From Bacilli bacterium (lineage in GTDB: Bacteria; Bacillota_I; Bacilli_A; RF39; UBA660), in NCBI GenBank assembly GCA_017459425.1, contig JAFUCZ010000034.1:3117-67116 (forward strand): DNA of 64,000 nt. The letters are read 5' to 3'. The notes under the pieces were generated by a model. That model did no database searches and was not told where the DNA came from. It worked only from the letters and a program-made list of their open reading frames with translations. The position numbers and the translations under genes were made by a program. This document shows positions 48,576-58,147 of this stretch, piece after piece; position 1 is the first letter of the stretch, and each line of letters starts with the position of its first letter.

Positions 48576-49262
48576 TTAGCAGTTAATTTTAGATGTTTTC
48601 ATATTATAAATATTATCTTTATTAATACCTACATAATGTTCAATCACAAATGATACATTATAATTATACTTCTTTTTATACATGCAGCCATAAAAAGAAA
48701 CCTCAAACGAAATGTAATATCTTTCAATTTCATTTTTATAATAATTAATTCTTTTAGGAAAAACAAACACAAATGATAATTTATCTAAAACTGATAATTC
48801 ACTGCACTCTATTTTGCCTGAAAAAGTTACATTATTTTCTATATCTTGGAATCTAACATCAGGTTGAGTATAAAACTTAATATTAGAAAACTTAATATCA
48901 TTCATTTCTCCCCTACCATTATTAATAAATAATAGTTTTGTTTTTGAAAAATCACAAACTTTTTTATTATAATATCGAGAATCACCTATTATATCAATCT
49001 CACTAAATGTTTCACTATCATCTATGCCTGATTCTAATTTAATAATTGGTTTATATTGATTTTCAATGTCATTAATTCGGTTTTTATCTTCATGTTTAAA
49101 TGTAAAATATAAGCACAAAAATGTTGATATAGAACCAATTATTGTAGCACTATAATTAATTAATACATCACGAGTAGTATTTTTAAAAAATAAATTAATT
49201 AAAAATGGAATAGCTATAATAATTAATAATATAGAAACAACTAAAGTTATTTTCTTTTTCAC
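48576..49262 (-). CDS. hypothetical membrane-anchored protein (228 aa)
   Basis: GTG start after AGGTGGTGA RBS. Two N-terminal TM spans and a beta-rich-looking C-terminal domain. It follows mscL by 23 nt. Confidence 0.55.
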   Translation of the reverse strand: MKKKITLVVSILLIIIAIPFLINLFFKNTTRDVLINYSATIIGSISTFLCLYFTFKHEDKNRINDIENQYKPIIKLESGIDDSETFSEIDIIGDSRYYNKKVCDFSKTKLLFINNGRGEMNDIKFSNIKFYTQPDVRFQDIENNVTFSGKIECSELSVLDKLSFVFVFPKRINYYKNEIERYYISFEVSFYGCMYKKKYNYNVSFVIEHYVGINKDNIYNMKTSKINC

Positions 49263-49285
49263 ACAATCACCACCTAAAAAAGAAA

Positions 49286-49714
49286 CTATTTTTTCTTAGT
49301 TTCTTTTAATAAATCTCTAATTTCTTCTAAAAGTACAACTTCATCTGCTTTTTTAGGAGCTTCTTCTTCTTTTTTCTTTGTGAATTTAGAAGCAAGTTTA
49401 ACAATAAAGAAAATACATAGTGCTATTATTAAAAAATCAACAACTTGTTGGATAAATGAACCATACATAATTCTGGCATCACCTATTTTGATACTTAAAC
49501 TTGTAAAATCAAGTCCACCAATTAAACTTCCTACAATTGGCATTAAAATATCATCAACAAGTGATGAAACTATTTTACCAAATGCTCCACCTATAATAAC
49601 ACCGACTGCTAAATCAAGCACATTTCCTCTTGTTATAAATTCTTTAAATTCACTAGCGCCTTTACCTAATTTTTGTGCCCCTCCTTTTAAATTTACATTT
49701 TCAACTTTTTTCAT
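49286..49714 (-). CDS. mscL: large-conductance mechanosensitive channel
   Basis: [31 protein letters not shown]. Confidence 0.95.
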   Translation of the reverse strand: MKKVENVNLKGGAQKLGKGASEFKEFITRGNVLDLAVGVIIGGAFGKIVSSLVDDILMPIVGSLIGGLDFTSLSIKIGDARIMYGSFIQQVVDFLIIALCIFFIVKLASKFTKKKEEEAPKKADEVVLLEEIRDLLKETKKK

Positions 49715-49824
49715 AAACTAGTCCTCCTTTAAGTATACTTTATATATAATTTTAAAATTTGTCAATAATCTATTTACTTTTTTTAAAAATTAATTTATAA
49801 TAACATCTACTTTTGGAGGAAATT

Positions 49825-50826
49825 ATGAATTATTCACACATGATAGAAATAATACAAAGAAGAGAACAACTCGTATCTTTATTTAACAAAAATAAAGATA
49901 CTTTAAGTGTATCTGAAAGTAAAAATTATATTAATTCTATTATGCAACTTGATAGTTTAATAAGAAAACTACGACAATTAAACTATAAATTATTATTTAC
50001 TAAAATTACTCCATTTGATGTAAAACAATATTATGAAAAAGAACTTCGCGATTTTACATATGATGAAAAAATTATAAATACAATTAAAAAAGTTGTTGAA
50101 TATATAGATGGTATGACATGTTACACAGCAGAAAACATTCCACTATATAATCGAAGTGAAAAATACAGTGTTAATTTAACAATAAATTCTAAAAAAATAT
50201 TTGAAGAAATATATCCTTTTGCAATAGAAAAAACAGACAAAATATTTGATAATAAAAAAATATTTATATATAAAAAATCACTTCTATATAAATTATCGCA
50301 ATATGATAATTGTATAGGTCAAACATTTTATGATTTTATTAATAAAATACCAAATATAATTATAGAAAAAACTAATACCATACAAGATATTCATACATTA
50401 ATACATGAAGCAATGCATGCATATCACCTAGATACAACAGATACAATAAACAATTATGAATTTGCTGAAGTAATAGCATATTCAACACAATTTTTTGTAG
50501 ATGATTATTTATTAAAAAAAGGAAAATATTCTGATGAATTAAATTTACATAACGAATTAGCCAAAGATTTAATTGTTTACAAAATTAAAAATTATTCTAA
50601 ATATCTAAGTAACAACGAAAAATACAATTTTATTGTTTATCAAATGATTTTAGAAACTATTTTACCATACACCGTATATATCAATGATAAACAAAACAAT
50701 AATAAAGATATAACTCAAAAATTAATAAATATTAGTGGTGATACTAATATGATGAATTTTGATTATAGTAAAATTAATATTGATTATGAAGATATAATTA
50801 AAAGCGTTAAAATGTTAAAAAAGTAA
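49825..50826 (+). CDS. putative HEXXH zinc metallopeptidase (M3/PepF-like core only)
   Basis: GGAGGA RBS before ATG 49825. LIHEAMHAYH is followed by EFAEVIAYSTQ, a gluzincin-like third ligand. Confidence 0.55.
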   Translation: MNYSHMIEIIQRREQLVSLFNKNKDTLSVSESKNYINSIMQLDSLIRKLRQLNYKLLFTKITPFDVKQYYEKELRDFTYDEKIINTIKKVVEYIDGMTCYTAENIPLYNRSEKYSVNLTINSKKIFEEIYPFAIEKTDKIFDNKKIFIYKKSLLYKLSQYDNCIGQTFYDFINKIPNIIIEKTNTIQDIHTLIHEAMHAYHLDTTDTINNYEFAEVIAYSTQFFVDDYLLKKGKYSDELNLHNELAKDLIVYKIKNYSKYLSNNEKYNFIVYQMILETILPYTVYINDKQNNNKDITQKLINISGDTNMMNFDYSKINIDYEDIIKSVKMLKK

Positions 50827-50845
50827 GGATTTACCTTACTTTTTC
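50821..50845. terminator. bidirectional terminator
   Basis: AAGTAAGG-ATTTA-CCTTACTT followed by a T-run. It overlaps both convergent stop codons. Confidence 0.75.
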
Positions 50846-51829
50846 TGCTTCTTCTAACATATTAGTAATTATTATACCATATCCTTTTTTTGGATTTTCA
50901 ACAACCACATGTGTTACTGCACCAATTATATATTCGCCTTGAATAATAGGACTACCACTCATTCCTTGCACTATTCCACCGGTTTTATCTAATAGTTCTT
51001 GGTCAGTGATTTCAAATAAAATATTTTTAGTTTTTTGATTATTGCTTTTGTTTAACTTAGTAATATTGATACTATATTCTTTAATACTTTTATCTTCAAG
51101 TACTGTTCTTATTTTTGCTTCACCTAATTTAATATCTGAAGCACTTGCAACTTTATATTTTTTTCTTGAAGAAAAATCAGCTGTATATTTTCCAAATATA
51201 CCACTTGTAGTATTAGAGAAAACATTTCCAAAAACATTATTTATATCATTTTTAGTGTTTTTTTCACCAGGTACACCAGATTCAGATCTGTCAATGCCCA
51301 CAACAGAAGAATCAAAAATTACACCATCTTTTATTTCAAGTATTTGCCCAGTTGTTTTTTCTATTATTTCGTGTCCTAAAGCTCCAAACGCAGATGATTC
51401 AGGATCTATAAATGTTAATGTTCCAATACCTGTAATATTATCTTTGACATAAAGTCCTGTTTTTGTAACACCATCATTATCTTTAAATAAATTTAATGAT
51501 GTAGTATGTTTTTTCTCTTCTCTTAAATACTCGATATTAATTTTTTCTTGATTACTATTTTTAATAACGTCAACCATTTCATTAATAGATGATACTTTTG
51601 TATCATTAATTGATGTTATTATATCACCGATTTCTAAATTGGCGTCACTTCCTGGTGACTTATCGCCAATAGAATATAGTCCAACTATCATTATTCCTTT
51701 AGAATTAAGCTTAATTCCAATATTTTCTCCTCCAGCAATAACGTAATCTGAATAAGCAAAGGTAGAAAGTGGCATAATAAATAGTGAAAGAAGCATTAAT
51801 ACACATGTTTTTTTAAAATTTTTAAACAT
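50831..51829 (-). CDS. spoIVB: SpoIVB peptidase (S55)
   Basis: PDZ region (GDIITSIND), GTLTFIDPESSAFGALGH, and catalytic GMSGSPII. Start trimmed to MFKNFKK (AAAGGAG RBS). Confidence 0.88.
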   Translation of the reverse strand: MFKNFKKTCVLMLLSLFIMPLSTFAYSDYVIAGGENIGIKLNSKGIMIVGLYSIGDKSPGSDANLEIGDIITSINDTKVSSINEMVDVIKNSNQEKINIEYLREEKKHTTSLNLFKDNDGVTKTGLYVKDNITGIGTLTFIDPESSAFGALGHEIIEKTTGQILEIKDGVIFDSSVVGIDRSESGVPGEKNTKNDINNVFGNVFSNTTSGIFGKYTADFSSRKKYKVASASDIKLGEAKIRTVLEDKSIKEYSINITKLNKSNNQKTKNILFEITDQELLDKTGGIVQGMSGSPIIQGEYIIGAVTHVVVENPKKGYGIIITNMLEEAEKVR

Positions 51830-51924
51830 ATGAGCATCTCCTTTGTAGTACCAGACTACATTATTATTATGGATTAAAAACAAATACATATTTTCTAAAA
51901 AAAATACCAATTAGGTATTTTTAA

Positions 51925-52557
51925 CTAAATCAATTCGTGTTTATCTAAATTAATGATTTTACCATCATCTACTTGAACACTACTTTTGATAAAACCTTTT
52001 ACTTTGTTCATAGGATTAATCCATGAATAACATCCAATATGTGTACCAGGATTAGTTACACAATTTGCCCCAATTCTAGAAGAATCACCTAAAATAACTC
52101 CAAAAAAGTCTGATTTTAAATAATAATAATTATTATCTATTTTAACTCCTACTTCTCTTTGATCAAATCTTCTATTTGAAATAATTGTACCTGAACCAAT
52201 TCTTGATTTTTCACCTATTATTGAATCACCTACAAAACATAAACTACCAACTTTAGAATTTGGAAATAAAATACTATGCTTTATTTCACTTCCATGACCT
52301 ATTACACAATTATCTCCAATTATAGAATAAGGTCTAATATAAGCATGAGAATTTATAGTTACATTATCACCAATTATTACATGATTATCTATTACTACAT
52401 TCTCACCTATTTTACAATTTTTACCAATTTTTTTATCTTTAGTAATTGAATCAATATAATTATTTAAATATAGAAATGGTTCATATGTATTAGTACACTT
52501 ACTAAATAAATCACTTAAATAATTTTTATTTTTAAAATAATAATCTAATTTAATCAT
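51925..52557 (-). CDS. left-handed beta-helix (hexapeptide repeat) transferase
   Basis: Repeated [LIV]G-x4 hexads through residues 45-190. Confidence 0.7.
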   Translation of the reverse strand: MIKLDYYFKNKNYLSDLFSKCTNTYEPFLYLNNYIDSITKDKKIGKNCKIGENVVIDNHVIIGDNVTINSHAYIRPYSIIGDNCVIGHGSEIKHSILFPNSKVGSLCFVGDSIIGEKSRIGSGTIISNRRFDQREVGVKIDNNYYYLKSDFFGVILGDSSRIGANCVTNPGTHIGCYSWINPMNKVKGFIKSSVQVDDGKIINLDKHELI

Positions 52558-52778
52558 TATTTAACCTCTAAATCTGATTCATTTCCATCTTCATCAATTA
52601 TTTTAGCAATACGCGATTCAATATCATTTAATTTTTCATTACATTCATTTACTAATTTCATTGCTTTAGTATATTTTTCAATTGAATCTTCTAAATCAAG
52701 ATTACCATTTTCAAGTTCATCTATAATATGCTCAAGTTCTAACATTTTATCTTCAAATTTAACATTTTTAGTTGCCAT
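52557..52778 (-). CDS. xseB: exodeoxyribonuclease VII small subunit
   Basis: FEDKMLELEHIIDELENGNLDLEDSIEKYTKAMKL. Confidence 0.9.
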   Translation of the reverse strand: MATKNVKFEDKMLELEHIIDELENGNLDLEDSIEKYTKAMKLVNECNEKLNDIESRIAKIIDEDGNESDLEVK

Positions 52779-54048
52779 TTTTTTCCTCCTTTATATCAAT
52801 TACTTTAGTATTAATAATTCCATCATTTAACTTTATTTTTAAAATTTCATCTTTTTTAATATTCTTAATTGATTTTAAAATTTTATCTTCTTTATATGTA
52901 ACACTATAACCTCTTTTTAAAACATTTAGCGGATTAAATGCTTCAAGTTGTGAAATAATATGAATTAAATTTGTTTTTTTATTTTCATATAATACTTGAG
53001 GATTAGTAAATATAAAACTATTTTTAATATGTTCAAATTCAACTTTCTTTAAATTTATTTTATTTTTTAGTAAATTGTTTATTTTTTGAATATTCAAATC
53101 AAGTGTTTGTTTATTATTTTCAAATAGCATTTTTGGATTTTTTAATATAAATGAATTTTTTAAATTATTTAAAAAAACTTTTTGATAATTTAATTTTTCT
53201 TTTAATGAATTATCAAGTCTTATATTTAATTGTTCAATATGTTTTTTCACATCAACCATATTAGGCACTGCAACCATAGCTGCTCCTGTTGGAGTTGGTG
53301 CTCTCATATCTGCAACAAAATCTGAAATTGTAAAATCAATTTCATGACCTACTGCACTAATAACTGGTATAGTACAATCAAAAATAGCATGAGCTACAAT
53401 TTCTTCATTAAATGGCCATAAATCTTCTATTGATCCTCCACCTCTACCAACAATTAAAACATCTAAATTATATTTTTCTGCTTGTTTTATTTTTTTTACT
53501 ATATCGATTGCTGCTAATTCACCTTGAACTAACGCTGGAAACAAATAGATATTACATACTGGATATCTTGCATTTATTGTAGAAACAATATCTTTTATAG
53601 CTGCACCAGTAGATGCTGTAACTACTCCAATATTTTCAGGTATTTTTGGGATTTTTTTCTTATATTTATTATCAAATAAACCTTCTTTTTGAAGTTTTTC
53701 TTTTAATTGTTCATACGCCAAATATAAGTTACCGACACCATCTTCTAGCATTTCATCTACATAAATTTGATATCCACCTGTTGCTTCATAAACGCTAATT
53801 CTGCCACTAACTAATACTTTCATTCCATCTATTGGTCTAAATTTAATTTTAGCTGCATTTGTTTTAAACATTATTGCATTAATTTTACTGTTTTCGTCTT
53901 TTAAACTAAAATAAAAATGTCCAGTAGTATGTGCTTTAAAATTTGAAATTTCGCCTTTTAAATAAACAGTTCTTAAATTATCATCAATATCAAATTTATG
54001 TTTTAAATATCTTGTAATAGCACTTATTGTTAAATATTTACTATTCAT
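52768..54048 (-). CDS. xseA: exodeoxyribonuclease VII large subunit
   Basis: N-terminal OB fold (YLKGEISNFKAHTTGHFYFSLKD), catalytic core GRGGGSIEDLWPFN, and a coiled-coil tail. Confidence 0.93.
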   Translation of the reverse strand: MNSKYLTISAITRYLKHKFDIDDNLRTVYLKGEISNFKAHTTGHFYFSLKDENSKINAIMFKTNAAKIKFRPIDGMKVLVSGRISVYEATGGYQIYVDEMLEDGVGNLYLAYEQLKEKLQKEGLFDNKYKKKIPKIPENIGVVTASTGAAIKDIVSTINARYPVCNIYLFPALVQGELAAIDIVKKIKQAEKYNLDVLIVGRGGGSIEDLWPFNEEIVAHAIFDCTIPVISAVGHEIDFTISDFVADMRAPTPTGAAMVAVPNMVDVKKHIEQLNIRLDNSLKEKLNYQKVFLNNLKNSFILKNPKMLFENNKQTLDLNIQKINNLLKNKINLKKVEFEHIKNSFIFTNPQVLYENKKTNLIHIISQLEAFNPLNVLKRGYSVTYKEDKILKSIKNIKKDEILKIKLNDGIINTKVIDIKEEKNGN

Positions 54049-54049
54049 A

Positions 54050-54466
54050 TTAATTTACCTCGTGATATATTTTGTCTAATACACCATTTATCATTTTTCT
54101 AACATCATCATCACTATATAATTTTGCTAATTCAATTGCTTCATTTATAGCAACAATTTTAGGAGTGTCTGTATAAAGTAACTCATAAATTCCAATTCTT
54201 AGAATTGCTTGATCAGTAAATCCTAATCTAGATATAGTCCATTTATTTAAATATTTATTTGCTTTTTCATCTATATCGTTTTTATATGTTATAACTCCAT
54301 ACACAATGTCTTTTACAAATTCATTTTCTATTTCACATATTTGTTTTATAACTTCATTTACATCATATTCTATTTTATTTTGATCATAAACATTTATTTG
54401 ATATAAAATAGTCATTATTTTTTTTCTTAATTCACTTCTTGTCTCCACAGTATCACCTACACTCAT
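54050..54466 (-). CDS. nusB: transcription antitermination factor NusB
   Basis: [14 protein letters not shown], and [12 protein letters not shown]...[12 protein letters not shown]. Confidence 0.9.
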   Translation of the reverse strand: MSVGDTVETRSELRKKIMTILYQINVYDQNKIEYDVNEVIKQICEIENEFVKDIVYGVITYKNDIDEKANKYLNKWTISRLGFTDQAILRIGIYELLYTDTPKIVAINEAIELAKLYSDDDVRKMINGVLDKIYHEVN

Positions 54467-54499
54467 TTTATCAGATTTTTTCGATTAAATCTACGTTTA

Positions 54500-54530
54500 G
54501 AAAAATAAAAATGAGAATTATTTTCTCATT
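54500..54530 (-). terminator. intrinsic terminator overlapping the stop of the 54518 gene
   Basis: AATGAGAA / TTCTCATT, an 8-bp stem followed on the minus strand by a T-run. Confidence 0.65.
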
Positions 54531-54964
54531 TCTTTCATCAAGATTTTATGAACATAAATTGTATTGTTTACAGGTTTACATGATTGATCAGATTTAATAG
54601 ATGAAATATTAAGATTTTCATCAATTGTACTTACAGGTACACCACCTAATTTATCATAAGTTTTATTTTCAAATAATATTCCAGAATTTTGCAATTTGCC
54701 TAACATATTTAATAATACATATGTGTAATTAGCAAATATCTCGCTTCTTTCTTTATCATTTTTTAATGCATCACTTAACTTGTGTAACAAATAAAGTAAA
54801 CTAAATTCAGATTTCTTTACTTTAACTCCAAGTTCTTTTAATTTTGAAGCTGTATAATCAATTAAAAATAACTCGAATTGTTCAGCTTTTTCTTTATCAT
54901 CTAAACTTTCTAACTTTTCCAATTGTTCATTAATTTTTTTGTTAAAATCTCTTGTGCTTATCAC
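54518..54964 (-). CDS. hypothetical protein (148 aa)
   Basis: ORF with a GAGGTG RBS. No motif recognised. Confidence 0.55.
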   Translation of the reverse strand: MISTRDFNKKINEQLEKLESLDDKEKAEQFELFLIDYTASKLKELGVKVKKSEFSLLYLLHKLSDALKNDKERSEIFANYTYVLLNMLGKLQNSGILFENKTYDKLGGVPVSTIDENLNISSIKSDQSCKPVNNTIYVHKILMKEMRK

Positions 54965-55063
54965 TTTTACACCTCACAACGTTTACCATTATATCATACA
55001 TTTTAAATTAGATAAACACTTTTTTATATTTTATGATAAAAATAATTTTTAAAATAATATAAA

Positions 55064-55507
55064 TTAATCAAATATTTCTTTAATTGCACATATTTTATCT
55101 GAAATACTAACAATTATACTTTCTTTATATCTAGGTGGCGTAATATTTAAAGGAAACATGTGCTTTTTTATTATATCTTTTTCTACCTTATTTAGTTCAT
55201 ATTCATCACTAGCATTTTTAAGTGCTGTTTTAGCATGAGTAAATCCGTGCATTTTGTGAGTTTTACCTGATTTGTGCCAATCATATAAAAAATAATCGTG
55301 AAGAAGCGCTCCTCTAATAAGCGATTTTTTATTAACTTTAAGGTGCAATTTATTTGAAATTTTAAGTGATAGTATTGCAACATTAACGCAATGATGATAT
55401 ATACTCACATCACCATGTTGAATAAATTCTTTATTTCTTTGCATATTTTCTGATTCTATAATGTCTTTAGCGTAAAATAAAATTTGATTAATTTCCAAAA
55501 AAATCAC
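55064..55507 (-). CDS. HD-domain phosphohydrolase (paralogue of 6413..6913)
   Basis: IYHHCVNV, ALLHDYF, KKHMFPLN and IVSISDK mirror the motifs of the other copy. Confidence 0.7.
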   Translation of the reverse strand: MIFLEINQILFYAKDIIESENMQRNKEFIQHGDVSIYHHCVNVAILSLKISNKLHLKVNKKSLIRGALLHDYFLYDWHKSGKTHKMHGFTHAKTALKNASDEYELNKVEKDIIKKHMFPLNITPPRYKESIIVSISDKICAIKEIFD

Positions 55508-55624
55508 TTCCCTAAAACTAAATACTCTTTTTCTATTCTACATTAATTTTAACATTTATATATAAACTTATCAATATTAAAAATTATCTTATGTGGTATA
55601 ATAGTATTTAGGAAGGAAAATAGT

Positions 55625-56095
55625 ATGAACGAATATATGAAAATAGCTAATGATTTAGCTCTAGATAATTTAAAAACAAATTACGGCGGTCCTTTCGGAG
55701 CGTGTGTTGTAAAAAATGGTAAAATAATTGGAAAAGGATCAAATCATGTTTTGTGTGATAATGATCCAACAGCTCATGCTGAAATAATTGCAATTAGAAA
55801 TGCGTGTAAAAATATTAATTCTTATGACTTAAGTGATTGTGAATTATATACTTCTTGTTTCCCATGTCCTATGTGTTTATCTGCAATTATTTGGGCAAAT
55901 ATTAAAAATGTTTATTATGGAAATACAAAAGAAGATGCTTCTAAAATAGGTTTTAGAGATGATTTTATCTATAATTACATTAAAAATATAAATAATTCTA
56001 ATGAAGATACATTAAAATTAATATGTATGGATAGAAATGAAACAATAAAAACTTTTAATAAATTTGAAGAAAAAAATGATAAAACAATATATTAA
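55625..56095 (+). CDS. guaD: guanine deaminase (CDA-fold)
   Basis: GGPFGACVVKNGKIIGKGSN, HAEI and PCPMC zinc ligands. At 156 aa it is the same size as B. subtilis GuaD. Confidence 0.75.
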   Translation: MNEYMKIANDLALDNLKTNYGGPFGACVVKNGKIIGKGSNHVLCDNDPTAHAEIIAIRNACKNINSYDLSDCELYTSCFPCPMCLSAIIWANIKNVYYGNTKEDASKIGFRDDFIYNYIKNINNSNEDTLKLICMDRNETIKTFNKFEEKNDKTIY

Positions 56096-56120
56096 AATAG
56101 TAGGTATTATACCTACTATT

Positions 56121-56363
56121 TTATTTTGATGATTTAGCTTTTTTATCAGAAACTATTTTTAAAACAGTTACTAAAAGCGCTAAAAGCAACCCAAATGATA
56201 TCGGACTAATTATATATTCATTTATTGAGTAAACAAATTCTTTTTTTTCAACTACTTTGTAAAAAAACATATCTAATAGTGGCCAAATAATCATTGCTGC
56301 GATAGAATAAGCAACAAAACATACAAAAAAATATAAAACATTATTAGTGTTTATTTTTTCCAT
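56121..56363 (-). CDS. small two-TM membrane protein
   Basis: AAAGGAG RBS before ATG 56363. The track start at 56420 is trimmed. Confidence 0.5.
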   Translation of the reverse strand: MEKINTNNVLYFFVCFVAYSIAAMIIWPLLDMFFYKVVEKKEFVYSINEYIISPISFGLLLALLVTVLKIVSDKKAKSSK

Positions 56364-56508
56364 ACTACATACTCCTTTCTCAATTGAATAAATTATATAA
56401 TTGCAAATACTTATAGTCAATTATAGATAATAAAATTATATTTGTACATAAATAGCTAATTACTAAACATATTTTTCATAATAAAAATATCAAAAAATAT
56501 TGATACTT

Positions 56509-57168
56509 TTATTTATTTTTTAAGAATTTTACAAATGATTTTCCTTTAGAATTACTAATATCCACTTTACTAGATAAATTAACTTTGAAAAAGGATTCTA
56601 TTTTACTAAATTCGTCTATTGAAAGTGAATCAACAAAATTAAATTGAATTAACTCAATTAATTTATCGTAATATAATTCTATACCTTGTTGATTTTTGTT
56701 TAATTCTTTTGATTTTAATAAGTCCTTTAATTCATTTAGTTTTTCTTCCTTTTTAGTAATATCTTCAGGAGCAATTTTATTAAATTCTTGATTTATTAAA
56801 TTTATTCTATCGTCTATATTTGGTTTAGTAGTAGTATCATAATTTATAATTTGATCTATAGCTTTTGAATTGTCATTTAAAAGTTGATTTATTAATTCAA
56901 CTAAATATGGTGGCTTATACTCATCATAACTATATAAATAAATATCTCTTACTTCTTCAAAATATTCCTTTTGTTCTCCAGTACGAGTATATGTATAATT
57001 TTTTATAATTTTATTAGTAAATCTTGGGGGAAAATCACTTGCATACTCTACATGTTCTATAAAACTACAATTATTTATAATTTCATTTTTTAATTTTTCA
57101 AGTTCATCTTTATCAAAATCAATTTGATATTTTTCAATTATGTCGTCATTATTTCTAAAATAAATCAT
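56509..57168 (-). CDS. hypothetical protein (219 aa)
   Basis: GGAGGG RBS before ATG 57168. No motif recognised. Terminator hairpin TATCAA/TTGATA just downstream. Confidence 0.55.
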   Translation of the reverse strand: MIYFRNNDDIIEKYQIDFDKDELEKLKNEIINNCSFIEHVEYASDFPPRFTNKIIKNYTYTRTGEQKEYFEEVRDIYLYSYDEYKPPYLVELINQLLNDNSKAIDQIINYDTTTKPNIDDRINLINQEFNKIAPEDITKKEEKLNELKDLLKSKELNKNQQGIELYYDKLIELIQFNFVDSLSIDEFSKIESFFKVNLSSKVDISNSKGKSFVKFLKNK

Positions 57169-57190
57169 ATAAACACCCTCCATTTTATGA

Positions 57191-57415
57191 TTACACTTGT
57201 TTAATGTATTTTAAATATAGATTATATTCTTCTTTTCCTTCATCTCTTAATAAGTAATTTTTTCTTTCTTGAAACCATTTTTCTGTTTCAAAAAACATCT
57301 CTAATATATCTTTTAAATTATCGCACTAAGACTGTAAATCATATAAAATATTATCAGTTTTAAAGTTATTTAATTTTATATTTTATAAAATGTAATCTCT
57401 TTGATATTTTTTCAT
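57191..57415 (-). pseudogene. disrupted small ORF (75 codons in one frame with two internal stops)
   Basis: GGGAAGAGG RBS, then ATG. The frame reads MKKYQRDYIL*NIKLNNFKTDNILYDLQS*CDNLKDILEMFFETEKWFQERKNYLLRDEGKEEYNLYLKYIKQV*. Confidence 0.4.
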
Positions 57416-57648
57416 TATACTGCCTCTTCCCTATTCACATATTTTTAATTATAACTTGTTTATATAAATATATTATACAAAAAAATTATAGGTTTATCAA
57501 TTAATTTATCACATAAACTAAAATACAAACTCGAACTAAGTTTGAGTAACAATTAATCTGGTATGGACAAATAGTATATCCATAAACTTAGAAATAGTTG
57601 ATAAACAACTAATTCAATTTAATAATAACATAAATGTTCAAATATATA

Positions 57649-57677
57649 TTGTGCCCCGAACATATATTTGGTATAAT
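57649..57677 (+). promoter_or_regulatory. promoter of the toxin-like peptide gene
   Basis: TTGTGC, 17 nt spacer, extended -10 TGGTATAAT. Confidence 0.6.
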
Positions 57678-57740
57678 TGTTTTGGAATACTTAATAAGTT
57701 GGGTGCTACCACATTCTTGAAATGGAAGGTGGTGATGCAT

Positions 57741-57824
57741 ATGAGTAAGAAAGATTTTTTAATCTGTATCTTGCTATTTATCATCCTTTTACTTATAGCA
57801 TTACTATTTGTAATACTAAAATAA
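57741..57824 (+). CDS. type I toxin-like hydrophobic peptide (27 aa, MSKKDFLICILLFIILLLIALLFVILK)
   Basis: GGAAGGTGG RBS 8 nt upstream. A single TM helix between charged ends. Below the ORF track cutoff. Confidence 0.55.
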   Translation: MSKKDFLICILLFIILLLIALLFVILK

Positions 57825-57902
57825 GAGAAGCACCTAACTCAGCAATGAATTAGGTGCCAACCAAATTTTGGATAACACTCAACACTGCAATATTAAGTGT
57901 TC
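57818..57902 (-). ncRNA. candidate antisense antitoxin RNA overlapping the 3' end of the peptide gene
   Basis: A minus-strand -10 TACAAT (57914-57909, poor -35). The hairpin GCACCTAA/TTAGGTGC (57857-57830) is followed on the minus strand by TTCTCTTATTTT. Confidence 0.3.
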
Positions 57903-57908
57903 CTTTTT
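57881..57908 (+). terminator. terminator of the peptide mRNA
   Basis: AACACT-GCAATATTA-AGTGTT followed by CCTTTTT. Confidence 0.5.
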
Positions 57909-58007
57909 ATTGTATGAAGTTTTTCTTCACTACATACACAATAACATAAAAATGACTTTTTTTCAAGTCATTTTATTTAACTCGAAATGTTCGAGCAGAA
58001 TTCCTCT

Positions 58008-58084
58008 TGGTAGCGAGAGAGAGATTCGAACTCACGACCCCATGGGTATGAACCATGTGCTCTAGCCAACTGAGCTATCTCGCC
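58008..58084 (-). tRNA. tRNA with CAU anticodon (Met; Ile2-lysidine type cannot be excluded)
   Basis: Anticodon arm CATGG-TTCATAC-CCATG, D arm GCTC..GAGC, TTCGAAT T loop, encoded CCA. One T-T mismatch in the T stem and G1-U72. Confidence 0.85.
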
Positions 58085-58147
58085 ATAAAAAAGTAAGGCA
58101 AAATAATAATATCATATTTAGCCTACTTTGGCAATAATTTTTTAAAT

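Noticed and set aside
51830-51924. Forespore-type (sigma-F/G) promoter upstream of spoIVB, based on a CATAATA -10-like element.
   Set aside because: No acceptable -35 element at the right spacing could be found by eye.
57868-58065. 65-aa ORF overlapping the tRNA-Met gene and its terminators.
   Set aside because: It runs across a tRNA on the opposite strand and has no RBS, so it is spurious.
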